Assembly (NCBI GenBank): GCA_951406725.2
Contig: OX597814.1
Span: 175,398,001-175,462,000 of the forward strand
From: Octopus vulgaris
Lineage: Eukaryota
Direction of reading: 5' to 3'
DNA: 64,000 bases
A model generated the notes under the pieces. The model had not been told where the DNA came from. It ran no database searches and saw only the letters and a program-made list of their open reading frames with translations. The position numbers and the translations under genes were made by a program. Below are positions 39,965 through 57,356 of this stretch, in pieces (the stretch's first letter is position 1; each line of letters opens with the position of its first letter).

Positions 39965-40383
39965 CAGTCTAATTATTCTAGTGACTTGTAAGATACGAAA
40001 AGGTGATGGGTTTTATGCTCTGAGGTCAAAATAGCCCTGCTAAGAACAGTCCACATCCGACACAAGACAATATCAATTCAATAATACAACCCAAAGAAAA
40101 CAAACAACCCACAAATACAAGACAAACTCTACACAGTAATTATCTAGTGAAACAAACTTCCACTAGCAAGCTAGAGAACCGATACACTCAACACACAATG
40201 TGAACAGTAATTCAACAAAAGGCTGCACTACATCTCAAGAGGAAACAAAAACTGATGCAATGCAATACCGGGAAGTGTTTGCACACTCCCAACAACAAAA
40301 CAGAACACACCCCAGCAACACGGAGGTGTAGTAGGTGATACTGTAGAAATTTACCCGAAACTACCAAATGTTGAACAACTATA

Positions 40384-40465
<82 letters not shown>

Positions 40466-40467
<2 letters not shown>

Positions 40468-40743
40468 CCCTGATGCAGTACCAGGCAGTGGCTCTCATGG
40501 CTTCTGATCTTAACTGATTGGAAGTGTCATCATGTACATTGTTTTGTCTTGGTATAAAAGATGGGCTACAGCAAATATTCTGCTCAATACCACAGATTTG
40601 CTTGTCAGTTGTTTGACCGTAACCAATTGAGCATGTCCCTTAGTGGCTGACAATATGTGCATCTCTGATCACGAGCAGAAGTAGTGGGGGAGCATCATAG
40701 CCATGTGCTGAGAGGGATTCTTTGGAGTTTGAATAACTTACCT
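40466..40743. mobile_element. Partial copy of the unclassified (TAA)n-associated element
   Basis: Reverse complement of ~56810-57090; abuts (AAT)n. Confidence 0.8.
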
Positions 40744-40879
40744 ATTGTCTTTCCTATGGATAACATCGGTGGCATAGAGAGGTGAAGCAGGTATGCATAG
40801 GTAACTGCTGGTCTTCAATAAACAACGTCCCACAATAGGGTTTTCACAATAGGGTTTTCTATTTCATCTATTTGCGTTA

Positions 40880-41080
40880 AAGTCTCACCGATCTTTACAA
40901 ATTTATTTGTTTCTTCCGATATTGAGTGCAGTTTCTCGGTACTTTCATGCTTGCAGACCATTTCAAGCATCAAGTTAGTGTTCTTCAGATAGGTATCTGA
41001 CCCTATAGTTGCTTTCTTTATAGACAACTGCAATTGCATCAGCCTTGACGTTTATCTTTTCGTGGAATGTACTATCGCCT
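40880..41080 (-). pseudogene. R4/Dong-type RT C-terminal fragment
   Basis: YIPRKD...LMQLQLS..KATIG.DTYLK...VCKHE..KLHSI parallels LYIQRIEGGRGLIQLENYYKITTIGL in 42084-42908. Confidence 0.65.
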
Positions 41081-41201
41081 TCGTTTTTATTACCTTTTGA
41101 GTAACAAGGTGAAGTCGACTTTGCCTTTCATCCTTTCGTTGTGAGAACTGCTGGACATGAGCCAAAAATATTATAACTAATTAGTGACGGAAGCAGTAAT
41201 A

Positions 41202-41439
41202 ATACCTATTTCTTTATTACCCTCAAAGGGTTAAACATAGAGGGGACAAACAAGGACAGACTTAGGCATTAAGTCGATTACATCGACCCCAGTGCGTGAC
41301 TGGTACTTAATTTATCGACCCCGAAAGGATGAAAGGCAAAGTCGACCTCGGCGGAATTTGAACTCACAACGTAACGGCAGACGAAATACGGCTACACATT
41401 TCGCCCGGCGTGCTAACGTTTCTGCCAGCTCGCCGCCTT
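41202..41439 (-). mobile_element. SINE family B, full monomer
   Basis: Head AAGGCGGCGAGCTGGCAG; flanking repeat agtaata. Confidence 0.9.
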
Positions 41440-41507
41440 AGTAATACAAAAACATGATCATTACATCCAATTTAACATGGATGTCTTGTTAGAACACAAA
41501 ATACTGC

Positions 41508-43031
<1,524 letters not shown>

Positions 43032-43755
43032 GAGTGATACAGCGGATACAGCAGTAGCAACAGCAGTAGCAACAGTAGTTCTGTTCCATTTGTGTTAATA
43101 AGAGCAACATTCTATGGTGGAATCAATGGACGCTTGAATGAAATTCACTGTAAAACTTAATTTTCGAAATGTGAAATAATCTCACTTTCTTATACTGAAC
43201 CATATAAACTACATTACTGTAAGCTAAATGAATTTATATAATTTTATTTCTTTTTATGGAATCCCGTAAGTATAACTAGCAACTTCGGAAGAATTTTTGA
43301 AATATAAAGAAAACGGTCTATGAACCAAATTCAAAGAAAAAAATTTTTTTTTATTTTTGTTACCGCAAAAGCTGTAAGCACGAACATTTTGACAGAAATG
43401 ATAATATGGCTGTCATTTTGAAAATGATTTTGAAATAACTAGGAAGAAATTCCTTTGAATTGGTACAGCACTAGCTTTAGTTGGGATAATGTGTTGTCAA
43501 ATGAATCCACCTCCTTAATGGAAAATGCATGTCGAAAGCTTCCTTCCAAAGATCTGATGCCAGAGTAACAGACGGACTTGAAGTGATATGTATAACGTTA
43601 ACAGATATAGGCAAAACCGCTATACGTTAGATATCCACCCATTAAAAAAAGTAATAATAACATATCACCATCACAACGTATATAGAATTTCATATACATC
43701 ACCATCACAACACAGATGGAAATAAGCAACAACTTTATAAAATGCAGTATTGCAA

Positions 43756-43826
<71 letters not shown>

Positions 43827-44169
43827 CCAAGTCATACAATGGGGACAAAAGTAGATGCAACCTGTGGACCATTTAGAAATTTATTGAATATATGGTTGCA
43901 TACATGTATGTATAAGATATGATATAAAATTGAATGTATATATTATATAATATAATGTAATATAATATAATATAATATAATATAATATAATATAATATAA
44001 TATAATATATATATATATATTTAATATACATATATATTATATGTGTTATATAACGTATGCCCGAAATTACATTCACACACATATACGTATGTATAGCTAT
44101 AGAAATATATATCTACGTACATGTATATATACATGTGATGTGTCTAGAGTGATATAATATACAAACGTG

Positions 44170-44213
<44 letters not shown>

Positions 44214-44290
44214 ATACATACTAATATATACACACATATACACATACATACATATATATATACATACATACACACATATATATACATACA

Positions 44291-44350
<60 letters not shown>

Positions 44351-44888
44351 CATATATATACACACACACATATATATATATAAATAAATACATATGTATA
44401 TATATGGATATAATTTATGATGTGATATGATATATATATGTATACACACACACACACCCGTGTATGTACTAGTGTGGGAGGCTGTAAACATAGGTCTCTT
44501 AGTTTTATTTTTACACTTTACGATTTAAAATCTTCATTTAATTACTTGCCTGAATTCACTTAATAAGAGAACATTGTAATTCAGAACCGGACTAATTAGA
44601 AAACAGACATGGGGAAGTAATTGGAAAGTACAATGCTTAGATTCCATCAATTTAAGAATTTAATGCAGACTACTTTGTGAAATAAATGAAAAACTTTTAG
44701 CTCGAAGTAGTGAATAATAATATACTTGTTTATTTTCGGTGTATATTCTGTAGATTTCGTATAAATGCACACACACGCGCGCGCACACGCACACACACAC
44801 ACGCCCTCCCCCATACACATATTTACATATAAAGTAACGAAGGTGGCTATACACACTATGAAACCAATAAAGAAAATTTCAGTGGTCA

Positions 44889-44945
<57 letters not shown>

Positions 44946-44967
44946 CACATATATTTATATATATTTA

Positions 44968-45021
<54 letters not shown>

Positions 45022-45169
45022 ACGTATAAAATATGTATGCATATGAATATACATATTTCATTTATCATGTATGTATTATTTATATATATATATATATTAG
45101 AAATATATTGTTAGCGTCTATATTTACATACCCAAATATTTGTCTATATATCTTTTCGTCTGCCCGTCT

Positions 45170-46033
45170 CTATGTATGTATGTCTCTTCTATTTTTTAAT
45201 TCTCATAACTCTTCCACTGAGGAGGGGGCAGGTTTCTAACAAAGATACCAGGCTCTATCTTTTGAATGTAGTTAACATAGACGAATTCACATATGGAACT
45301 TGAGAAAAGTCTTGCATATTTTTTCTGTTCCACTCACAGATTGAACTTGTAATGAACGAATCAGTCGGTCAATTTCTCTTTCTGAAATTCCCAGTTTATC
45401 CAGATTCTCCTTTAATCATATACTAACAAAACCTAGTGCTCCAATTATTATTGGTATGCATATGAATTTATAGTCTGGATATAGAAGCTAGAGGTTTCGA
45501 ATCAGTTGTCCATAGATATCCTCTTTTTCTATGATTTTCAAGGAGATATTTATATCTGCAGAGCAACAATATCCGGCCTGTTATGCTTACATTTGACAGA
45601 GGTTTTAATGGGAATATTCCACCAGTGTTCCTTGAGTTGGTGTTTATTTCAGGACAGTTTTTTTGCGGATGGCATTGTAAATTGTTTTAGCAAGAAAATC
45701 GTGCCGCATAGGGAGGTAGTACAGTGACATTTTAGGACAGCTGCTAATCACATGCGTAATGTCTTCCACGGAACATGACATAGCCTACACATTCGGTTGC
45801 ACCTTGAGATTACAAGAGCATCATTGTCTCTCTTCTTCAGTAGGTACTTTGTGACAATCTCCTGTTCCTGGATTGCAAACACATAGCGTTCAAAGTGCGA
45901 TGTGATGTAGTGGCCTTGTGTCCAAGAGAGGCTGCGCTTCGTGTCAATTCGACTGTCTTCTTCAAGCTTCCGGGCAACATACCCATGCATAGTCTTATTT
46001 TGTATGCTAAGTGCTTTCCATCTAGGTCTTCTC
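45170..46033 (-). mobile_element. R4/Dong-type RLE LINE 3' fragment abutting (TATG)n
   Basis: MHGY...[12 protein letters not shown]...CRLCH, KHNRPDI and PIIIGALG motifs. Confidence 0.88.
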
Positions 46034-46077
46034 TATGTATGTATATATGTATGTATGCATGTATGTATGTACGTACG

Positions 46078-46127
<50 letters not shown>

Positions 46128-46167
46128 TATGTATATATATATATGTATATATGTATATATATATATG

Positions 46168-46218
<51 letters not shown>

Positions 46219-46233
46219 GTATATATGTATATA

Positions 46234-46382
<149 letters not shown>

Positions 46383-47457
46383 TGCCTTGACCGGGTAGAA
46401 CTGATGTTATTAGACAATATCCAAAGATCATTGGGTGTTTGAACCTGGAACGTAACACCCTCCTGTTGGCGGGTCAGTACTAGAGGTCAGACAATTGCTC
46501 ATTATCTCCTTCTAATACCCAGTTTAACTTCTTTCTTTTACTCCATGACCAGAAACGCGCTCATTCTACTGTCTGTCCCATCCTGTGCACAGCTACATTT
46601 CTCTTTCTCTTATTTCAATGGCCACAAGAATTTATCCATAGTGACTGTTATGTCGCACGTTCGGATGCCTTCTACTCAACTCTCACCGCTACTCTAGTCT
46701 ACACTCTGACGTCTAGGCTTCTCCCTCTCTCTACGTATTGGGCTAGCCTACTTCATCGTCTGGGGGCGTCTACACAACAGTGACTAGGCAGGAAATCATC
46801 ACAGCCAATATCGACCGGTAAAAGAAATACTTCTTGCAATCCTTCAAAAAGTTCTATTATTCGGTAAGTCTTTATTCAAAAGCTTCATCATCGAAGTCTT
46901 TGAATGGAAACTGTAAGCTCGATCAGGATTATTTTGCTTAACCTTCTCAGCCCACAGAACTACGTCTGGCCTCAAGGTTGTCTGGACAACTCGAGGAAAG
47001 CAACCAGTCTTGCTTTGGTTAATTAATACTGAAAATGAATATAATCACACGAAGTTTTTATAGTTTGGATAAATTGCTAACAGTTTTCAATTGGTGCGTG
47101 AATGTTGATTCATTATGAATTATTGAATGCAAGCAATTGGCAGACGGTTTGTGTTAAATAAAATACGCAGGAAAATAAAGAAATAGAGCACCTAGAATGA
47201 TATTTTAACGTTTTTATTTTCTGCTTAAATAATTCCTTTCAAAATACTGTGCTAATTTGAATAATTATTGTAAATTAATTATTTGTCTGATCGATAACTT
47301 ACTTTATATCCGTTGCGGTGTTTTGCATAATTAGTATGCTGAGATTTTCTCAGATTATAGGAAAAAATTAGAGAAATAAATACTATTTTTAAAAACAAGT
47401 ATTGGAGTTGATAAAAAACTAAAACGAAAGACAACAAAAAAAAAACTAAAAAAAAAC

Positions 47458-47740
47458 TGGCACTCCGTCGGTTGCGACAACGAGGGTTCAAGCTGATCCG
47501 ATCAACGGGTCACCTTGCTCGTGAAATTAGCGTGCAAGTGACTGAGCACCCTGAAAACGCGCTTGCCTATAACGTAGTTCTCGAGGAGATTCAGTATGAT
47601 ACAAAATGTGACAAGGTTGGCTTTTTGTATTACAGGTATAACCCAATTTTGCCAGCTGAGTGTGCTGGAGCAACAAGTAATGAAGTGACTTGCTCAAGGA
47701 CACAACGCGCCGTCGGCTGTCGAACTCACAATTCTGAGAT
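47458..47740 (-). mobile_element. SINE family D
   Basis: Homology to 28940-29240. Confidence 0.75.
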
Positions 47741-47815
47741 CATGTGCACATACACATATACACACACACATTTACACACATACACGCACACACACACATA
47801 TACTCTTTACACTTC

Positions 47816-48040
47816 TACTCTTTTACTTGTTTCAGGGATGTGACTGTGGCCATGCTGGAGAACCGCCTTTAGTCGAGCAAATCGACCCAGGACTTATTCT
47901 TTGTAAGCCTACTACTTAGTCTATCGGTCTCTTTTGCTGAACCGCTAAGTTACGGGGACGTAAACATACCATCATCGGTTGTCAAGCGATGTTAGGGGAC
48001 AAACACAGACACACAAACATATACACACACATACATATAT

Positions 48041-48084
<44 letters not shown>

Positions 48085-48486
48085 ACATATATCTTTCCCT
48101 TTTTTTCTCTTTTCTTTGTTTCAGTCATTTGACTGCAGCCATGCTGGAGCACCGCCTTTAGTCGAGCAAATCGACCCCGGGACTTATTTTTTGTAAGCCC
48201 AGTACTTATTCTATCGGTCTCTTTTGCCGAACCGCTAAGTGACGGGGACGTAAACACACCAGCATCGGTTGTCAAGCAATACTAGGGGGACAAACACACA
48301 CATACATATATATACATATACATATATACGACAGGCTTCTTTCAGTTTCCGTCTACCAAATCCACTCACAAGGCATTGGTCGGCCCGGAGCTATAGCAGA
48401 AGACACTTACCCAAGATGCCACGCAGTGGGACTGAACCCGGAACCATGTGGTTGGTTAGCAAGCTACTTACCACACAGCCACTCCT
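47816..48486 (-). mobile_element. SINE family A with duplicated 3' half
   Basis: 3' module at 47816-48010 and again at 48115-48295; head ends at 48486. Confidence 0.88.
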
Positions 48487-49506
48487 AATATTAGGAAATC
48501 AATATCAGCGCTCTTTTGCCATTGTTGTATCTATCTTTTGACGACTGTTGTCGCTCTGACAGATATTGTTATATTCTGAATTCGTCGATAGAATGGTTCT
48601 ACCTGGCACGGTACGACCCTCAATCGTACAGTGTTATTATCCTCAAAAGGTTGGATCGTTATAACGTCCACTTAGTATCATCGTATAATTACTATATCAG
48701 CACAAACACGACTACCAACACAGTCTACACGTACTTCTTACCTTCCTACTGTCGACCGGCTACTGGTCCATTTATAATGGCTGGTTACTACCACTTTTTA
48801 CCGAGAGGGGTTTATAGTTTCATTATACAACAAACATCCAATATGTGATTGCAGAAAGGATAGAAAGCTTTACGAGCACAGGACACAAATATAGGGCACG
48901 AGCACAGGGCACGAGGAATAACCTAAAAGGGTAAAACGTAAAGTGGACATCATTGGGATTTGAACACTGAGCGCGGAGAATCGGAACAAATATCGTAACG
49001 CATCCAATCCGACGCTCCAACGTCGTACGTTTAGAGAGTTGGATTGAGCTCGTGCGAGGCCTTCCTTCACTTTAAAACGATTCAAGCGCAATCATAGCTT
49101 GAATTGTAGCATCTTTATAATGCGTTGCATATTATGTCTGAACGTAGCCGAAAAAGCGAAACAAAAAAAAATTTATAATAGACTGAAGGCATGTGTCAGT
49201 GTGAGTGGTAACACCGAAAACCTGCTACTAGAGGCGCACATCGTTTCCACATCTGTGCAAAAGAGTACTGGTCCCTAGCAGGACTGAAAAACCAATCCAT
49301 GCTACTTGAAGAGAACACTCAAGCTAAGGCACTGCTCGAAATCATGTTGTAGTCATCATGTTCGTACATGCATACATGTATGCATACGTACATACGTACA
49401 TAAGTATCAATGTACATACGTGCGTACTTATGTATGTATGTATGTATGTATGTATGTATGTATGTATGTGTGTATATGTATATATGTATGTACGTATGAA
49501 AGTATG

Positions 49507-49586
<80 letters not shown>

Positions 49587-49589
<3 letters not shown>

Positions 49590-49797
49590 CAACCGCGAGT
49601 GTATCGTTGGCGATTTTCTCTCTTCGTCTTCCCTTCCTTGGACCTTTCCTTTTTCTATGTTTCCGACGAAGAGCTCCGCTCGAAATGTTAAATCCTCCTT
49701 CTTTATTTCCTTTCATGAGCTTCCAATAACACTATACTTGTTCCACGTTCTCGTATTGTTGTGTTTTCTCGTTTTCTCTTTGTTCATGTTTGGATTA

Positions 49798-49800
<3 letters not shown>
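49587..49800 (+). mobile_element. Microsatellite-flanked fragment with minimal hammerhead-like motif at 49659-49693
   Basis: GTTT-CCGACGAA-GAGC TCC GCTC-GAAA-TG-TT-AAAT; lies between (TA)n and (CA)n. Confidence 0.55.
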
Positions 49801-49858
<58 letters not shown>

Positions 49859-50192
49859 ACATATATATATATATACATACATATGTAGGAATGTATATTT
49901 GTATGTATTGGAGTTGAATGCAATAGAGTTGTATGCTTAGCTGTTCTCCCTGTGAATCGTATATTAAACAATTGTGAATTTCATTACAAAGAATATATAT
50001 TGTTCTGTTACGTTCTTTCAAAAACTCAAGCGGCGAAAACAACTTTTATCGTTAAATATTGACTTCTGTATTCTTTTTCTTTTTATATGAACGTAAACAA
50101 AAACTCACGGCATTCATTCCATAACTTATGTATATTTAATTTAGATATGTGTAATTATCCATACAATTACTCACGCAGACAATCTAACATAA

Positions 50193-50288
<96 letters not shown>

Positions 50289-51472
50289 AATTTATCTATT
50301 TATGTCTTAACTTTATGGTGTTGCACACACACACACAAGTATATATATATATATCTATATATATATATGTATATATATATCTATGTATATATATATATAT
50401 ATGTATATATATAAGTATATATATATATATATACATATATACATACATACATATACATACACATATGCATACATACATCTATATATATGTATCCTGACTT
50501 CATATATATATATATATATATATATACAAGATTCTTATGAATTTCTATGATTATAACAAATTATAGTGAAAGATAGATACATAGAAAAACAGAGATAAAG
50601 AGAGATCGAACGGAATGAATATAAATAATGTATGAAAATCAATATGAGACCTTTTGAAATCTACTGGAAGAAAGGAAAATACTTGAGTATAACAGTATTT
50701 ATTCATAACATTATTTTTCCCTGCTTTCCTTTATCTTCATATGATAATTCCTATTTTATTTTCTGGATAATCTTTCGGCAAGCTTGCCCAGAACATAAAG
50801 AAAGAATTTTGTTATTTATAATGTATTTCTTCTTCCATCTATGGATGGTCCACTTCCCTCCCCTGACCATTAACCTCTTTAATTGCAGAATCCACACAAA
50901 CAGACATAAGGCGTTGAGCTATAACAATAGCTGCAAACGAGGAACGTGTAGGTGTGGATATATCAACATTAATCTGTGATCTAGTGATGATAGATTATCG
51001 AATCAAAAGAAGAAAAGGAAACAATGTTTGAAAATATATATTTTATTATACGGATAATTGATATCAAAATCTCTATTTACTATCCAAATACTTTTCTTGT
51101 AGCTGTTGAAAGTAAAGACGGTCAGTGTAGGTCACGGTTAACATCTTATCTCAACAAATCTAAGCTTGGAGAATTTTCGGGGGAAAAAGCATTGAGGTTT
51201 AGGTTATACAATTTTTATTGGCTAAGACTGCAAATTAGCAAAGTTTTTAGAGCATTAGATCGAATACCGTGAAGTATCTGTTCCGATTCATTGCTCTCTG
51301 GGTTCAAATCTGGTCGCGGTCAACTTTACATTTCATACTTTTGGGGCTCGATAAAACGTACCAAATGAAGAGCACCGTACTAGTTGAGCTGTTTGAACGG
51401 CGGGCAAGATGCTCTACGGTATTTGCTCCAGCTCTTTCGTTCCAACCCCTGCTATGACACGAGTATTAAGTT

Positions 51473-51707
51473 TTTGTTTCTTTACTGCCCACAAGGGGCT
51501 ACACACAGAGGGGACAAACAAGGACAGACAAACGGATTAAGTCGATTATATCGACCCCAGTGCGTAACTGGTACTTATTTAATCGACCCCGAAAGGATGA
51601 AAGGCAAAGTCGACGTCGGCGGAAATTGAACTCAGAACGTAGCAGCAGACGAAATACTGCTAAGCATTTCTCCCGGCGTGCTAACATTTCTGCCAGCTCG
51701 CTGCCTT
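51473..51707 (-). mobile_element. SINE family B with 14-bp TSD
   Basis: acgagtattaagtt at 51459-51472 and 51708-51721. Confidence 0.92.
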
Positions 51708-52781
51708 ACGAGTATTAAGTTCTATCGGGTCAAGTCAGCGGCTTTCCTTGGATAACACCAGTGGCACGGTGAAGAGGAAGTTGCATGCGTAGGCACTGCC
51801 TTTCTTCCTCAGAAATCTTGCTCAAGTCTGCACAATCATAAGTAGTTGAAGATAAATAATCCTTTATTGACGAAGGCCACCCCGGCTAATCTGCTACTGA
51901 TTTAGGTGATTTAGATTATTTATGGCGAATTCAGATACAACTGGTGGTAGAGTAGTCAGATTGTTCTTTGACAGTGGCTGGTGCTGCGCTTCAACTATTT
52001 TCTGGTTACTTTACTCTCTGTTTTCTTAATCCCTTTATTTGTAAATGCATAAGATGAGAAAGTAAAAATTTCTGTAAGCAGTATATAGACATTGAAATTA
52101 ACGAGTGTTTTATTAATTTCAGTACCGATTTCACATCTTATAAGCAAAAAGTTGTCACAATAGTTCTCGAAGTCAGACCTTTTAGTTAGCTTTATCATTA
52201 ATCTCAGTCGAGAGACTGTGATAGCTAGCGTCTGATAAGCCATCTTCAACTGATATTCAACAAAATGTAAACAGTTTTTTCAATATTTGAAGGATTTCAC
52301 GGCAATGAATGTTGTACACTATGATGTTTGCAGAATTATTAGCATATCGGAAAAAATGTTTAGCAGCATTTCTTCTGGTTCTTTACGTTCTGAGTTCAAA
52401 TACCGGCAAGGTCTATTTTGCCTTTCATCCGTTTGGGGTCGATAAATGAAGTACTAACTAAGTACATGGGACGATGCAATCGACTACTCCTACTCTGAAA
52501 TTGCTGGCCTTGTGCCCATATTGGAAACAATTATGATGCATAACATGTATAGGATATATGACATGATGTGTGATATATATGGTATACCAAGCTTTTTATA
52601 TGTCTGATATATTTGGTGTATGATGTCTGATTTATACATGATATGTTATGTATGTGCGAGGTATGCTTGATATATCATTCGACGCAATGTATTTTACAAT
52701 TTTTGCTAGTTTTGTTACATCACTGAGGGTTGGGTCTTAGGTTTCCCATGTGCCACATTCATAACGATAATCTATTATTAC

Positions 52782-53552
<771 letters not shown>

Positions 53553-54049
53553 CTAAGACGTCGCACAGTATCTGGTATCGTGATGTTATTGATTGAAGAT
53601 ATTGAAGATATTGTGTCTACCGGGGGTATGTACTGTCTTTCAAGTCACCACAAGGACCTCAGACAGCACTTTACGCAATATGCATGCAATCTCACGTAAT
53701 GCCAATTTTTGCTATACACCTGTTATTATTAAAGTGTAGACCTGTGAGTCGGAGAGAAGGAATTGGAGAGAGTACTTGCTCTTGGGGTTTCAGGGAAATC
53801 TCGGACAGTGGGGTTCCCCGATTATCCTTCAAGGCCTTCCTGTATTAGGAGGGCCATATCTCTATCATTTGTCCCGCGACTTTTTGCTGTTCTTTTAAAC
53901 CTTTGTATGCTATGCATATGTCTCTTCTTTCTCAGTGCATACCGTGTATACTTACTATATCTTTTTATCATTTCATTATAAGTAAACCCCCACACTTTAC
54001 GTATGTTTTGTATTTCCTCCTCATCCTTCACCCTTGTGGCAAATAAATG

Positions 54050-54111
<62 letters not shown>

Positions 54112-54112
54112 G

Positions 54113-54144
<32 letters not shown>

Positions 54145-54239
54145 ATTAGTAGTAGCACCAGTAACAGTAGTTGTAGTAGTAGTAGAAGTAGTAGTTTTTC
54201 TTCTTTCAGTTTTGTTTCCCTTTCTTACTGAGTGTCTTC

Positions 54240-55272
54240 CCGAAACCTAGGACAAATTATTATTATTTTGTTGGGTATGATAGAATGTATCAGCTGTCCG
54301 CAGGCAGCAGACTAAAGTGACACTTGTTCACTGATCGTGCTTCAAGGACTCAGCGAACTCTTGCAGTTCCAAGCAGTGAAGATTTTTGTAAATGTTTTAT
54401 CTTTACATTTGTACCAATCTTTTTGACCACGTTAATAGTTGAGTGTTGATACTTCCAAAAGTGCTAATCCCTATTGATATTATCTCCACTCTCTTTATTG
54501 CCCACAACCTGAATATTTCCCACTTCAGTTTATTATAATTGTACACTTTTTCTTCTTTCTCTTCGATCTGTTGTCACCAGGACATGCAATGTCGATATTC
54601 AAGCATATTTTTCTTTTCTGTTCACCACAACAATGTCAGGTTTCCGCTCACTAATCTGATGGTCACACTGAATCATTGCATATCAAAAGATTTTGAGGTC
54701 CTTTTTCCCCAGTATCTCCTTTCGGGATTTGGTCACACCGCGTCTTTGATCTTTCCAGGCCATTCCCAGAAATTTCCAATGGATCTGTTTTGTCACATTG
54801 TCACGTCGTCTTTTGTATTCACGATTCTTCTTCTTCTTCTTCTTCTTCTTCTTCTTCTTCTTCTTCTTCTTCTTCTTCTTCTTCTTCTTCTTCTTCTTCT
54901 TCTTCTTCTTCTTCTTCTTCTTCTTCTTCTTCTTCTAGATGTCGCACAGTATACAATATCGGTAAGTTGTTGAGTGAAGATATTGTGTCTACAGGGGGTT
55001 TGTACTGTTTGTCACAACAAGGACCTCAGACAGACAGTACATTATGCAATATGCGTGCAGTTCTAAGCAATGCCGACTTTTCCAATACATGTAGATTGTA
55101 GGACATTTCTAAGGTTTTCAGATGTTTTTTCAGATTGGGTGGTATTGAACCCAATGTTGTGATGACAAGAGGGATAAACTTTATGTTCGACTCTCGTAGC
55201 TGCCACATCTTAACGATCTTAATTCTCTGGTCTCTATATTTATCAACCTTTTTTCTTTCTTTCATGATGATA
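54240..55272 (-). mobile_element. Two further decayed RLE-LINE 3' fragments (54240-54820 and 54936-55272) separated by (TTC)n; related tail at 53553-53730
   Basis: KERKKVDKYRD.RI.I..MW...IPLVI..LGSIP...LEKSALL.TARIL motif. Confidence 0.7.
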
Positions 55273-55274
55273 TA

Positions 55275-55440
55275 GGCGAAGGAGTGGCTGTGTGGTAAGT
55301 AGCTTGCTTACAAACCACATGGTTCCGGGTTCAGTCCCACTGTGTGGCACCTTGGGCAAGTGTCTTCTACTATAGCCTCGGGCCGATCAAAGCCTTTTGA
55401 GTGGATTTGGTGGACGGAAACTGAAAGAAGCCCGTCGTAT
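55275..55440 (+). mobile_element. SINE family A 5' half
   Basis: GGCGAAGGAGTGGCTGTGTGGTAAGTAG head. Confidence 0.88.
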
Positions 55441-56202
55441 ATATATGTTGTTGTTGTTGTTGCTAGAGTTCATGTTTGGCCGGTTCAAATAACATATGTA
55501 TGAAAAAGAAGTTGCTTGCCCCTCGCTCAACTGTTTTCCATTTCTGAAGAATAGACCCTTCTCATATCGTAACATAGCTGATTCCAAAAGAGGGAGGGAG
55601 AGAGAGAGAAAAGATAAATAGAGGGAGAAGAAGAGAGAGAAGAAAGAAAAACTGTTCCTAGTATGTACACTATTTATTGGCTCCATAAAAATGAATGGTA
55701 AAGTTCACTACAGCAGGATTTGAAGTCAACAGCGCACAGGGAGCCGTAACAAATACCGCAAGGCCCTAACAACTCTGATTCGTTAGGTGTTCATAGCAAT
55801 AACGATCATTAACTCAAACCGAGAACTTATTTTACGCGTTGTAAGAGTTTTAAATAGAAAAAAAAAGCAGTTTTGTTTCCGAGAAGAATGGTATTGTTTG
55901 ATTAAACGCAGAGTTAGCAAGCCTAACGAAAATTACTATACGTTGAAAACAACGGATTTTTGGATTGTCATCCGTTTATTGTATGTGAGAATCTAATAAC
56001 TGACGCTATCTCATTTAACTATGGGCAAACTTTGCGAAACAATTGCAGTATATAATGGTGTTGAATATGAAGATATTTCACCTTCAGCATTCATTTATAT
56101 ATTCTTCACAATGGTCTTCAAACGATATACGATATGGTGTTTACATCTGGCATATCATTTCTGAATAATTTTCTATAGTTCAAACATTTTCTGTATCTTT
56201 CG

Positions 56203-56334
<132 letters not shown>

Positions 56335-56535
56335 GTTTGTCTGTCTGTCTGTCATGTATGTATATATGTATGCATGTATGTAAACGTACACACTATACGT
56401 TATTTCTAATTTTGGCTCTAGGCCAACAATTTTGAGGTGGAGGGAAGGCCATTGCATCGATCTTAGTGTTCAACTGGTATTTATTTTATCCGCTCTGATA
56501 TTATTATTATTATTATTATTATTAATATTATTATT

Positions 56536-57090
56536 GAGTGAGAGAGCAGTGCATGCCATCAAAGTGACACTGGGGTAAAATATACGAAGCCCAGTATAGC
56601 CATCAAGACTACCTGTCTGATAAGGGTACACCAGGCACATGCATCACAACCATATGTGCGCAACATGGTGATCACATATCAAGATAAACAGCGCATGACC
56701 TTGCAGGTGGGGCCCAGTTAGAATTTTCTTCTTGTCGAGTAGCCCATCCCTCTCAAAAGGTCCCTGAATAAGGATTATTTAAGGATGTTGAACGAACCAC
56801 ACGTTTCCAAAGGTGAATTATCAAAACCTCCAATAATTCCTCACAACACACGGCTATGATGCCCCCCCCACTACTTCTGCTCGTGCTCATAGATGCACAT
56901 ATCGTCAGCCACTAAGTGACATGCTGAACTGGTTAAGGTCAAACATCTGACAAGCAAATCTGTGGTATTGAGCAGAATATTTGCTGTAACCGATCTTTTA
57001 TACCAAGACAAAGCAATGTACATGATAACACTTCCAATCAGTTAAGATCAGAAGCCACGAGAGCCACAGCCTGGTACTGCGTTACGGCAC

Positions 57091-57091
<1 letters not shown>
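56536..57091. mobile_element. Unclassified ~555-bp non-coding element flanked on both sides by (TAT)n
   Basis: Second partial copy at 40466-40743; no ORF, TIR or tRNA head seen. Confidence 0.75.
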
Positions 57092-57158
<67 letters not shown>

Positions 57159-57356
57159 GTGAGGACGCATGTGGTAAGTTGTGGCGTGTGATATACTGTG
57201 CACCTGTTCAGTCAACACCTATTTGATGGAGGGAGTGAACTAATGTACGGCACATACATTTGATCACTACAAACAAATCATTTGTGCAGGTCGTTCGGAA
57301 AAAGCTGAACGCTTACGCGTCGTCTTCAATAAGAGAATCCATTATACATACATACA

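Noticed and set aside
39964-40380. Possible R4/Dong N-terminal remnant (QYREVF...)
   Set aside because: Similarity too weak to call by eye.
50820-50975. Possible minus-strand exon (INVDISTPTRSSFAAIVIAQRLMSVCVDSAIKE)
   Set aside because: No recognisable homology, weak splice signals, no partner exons.
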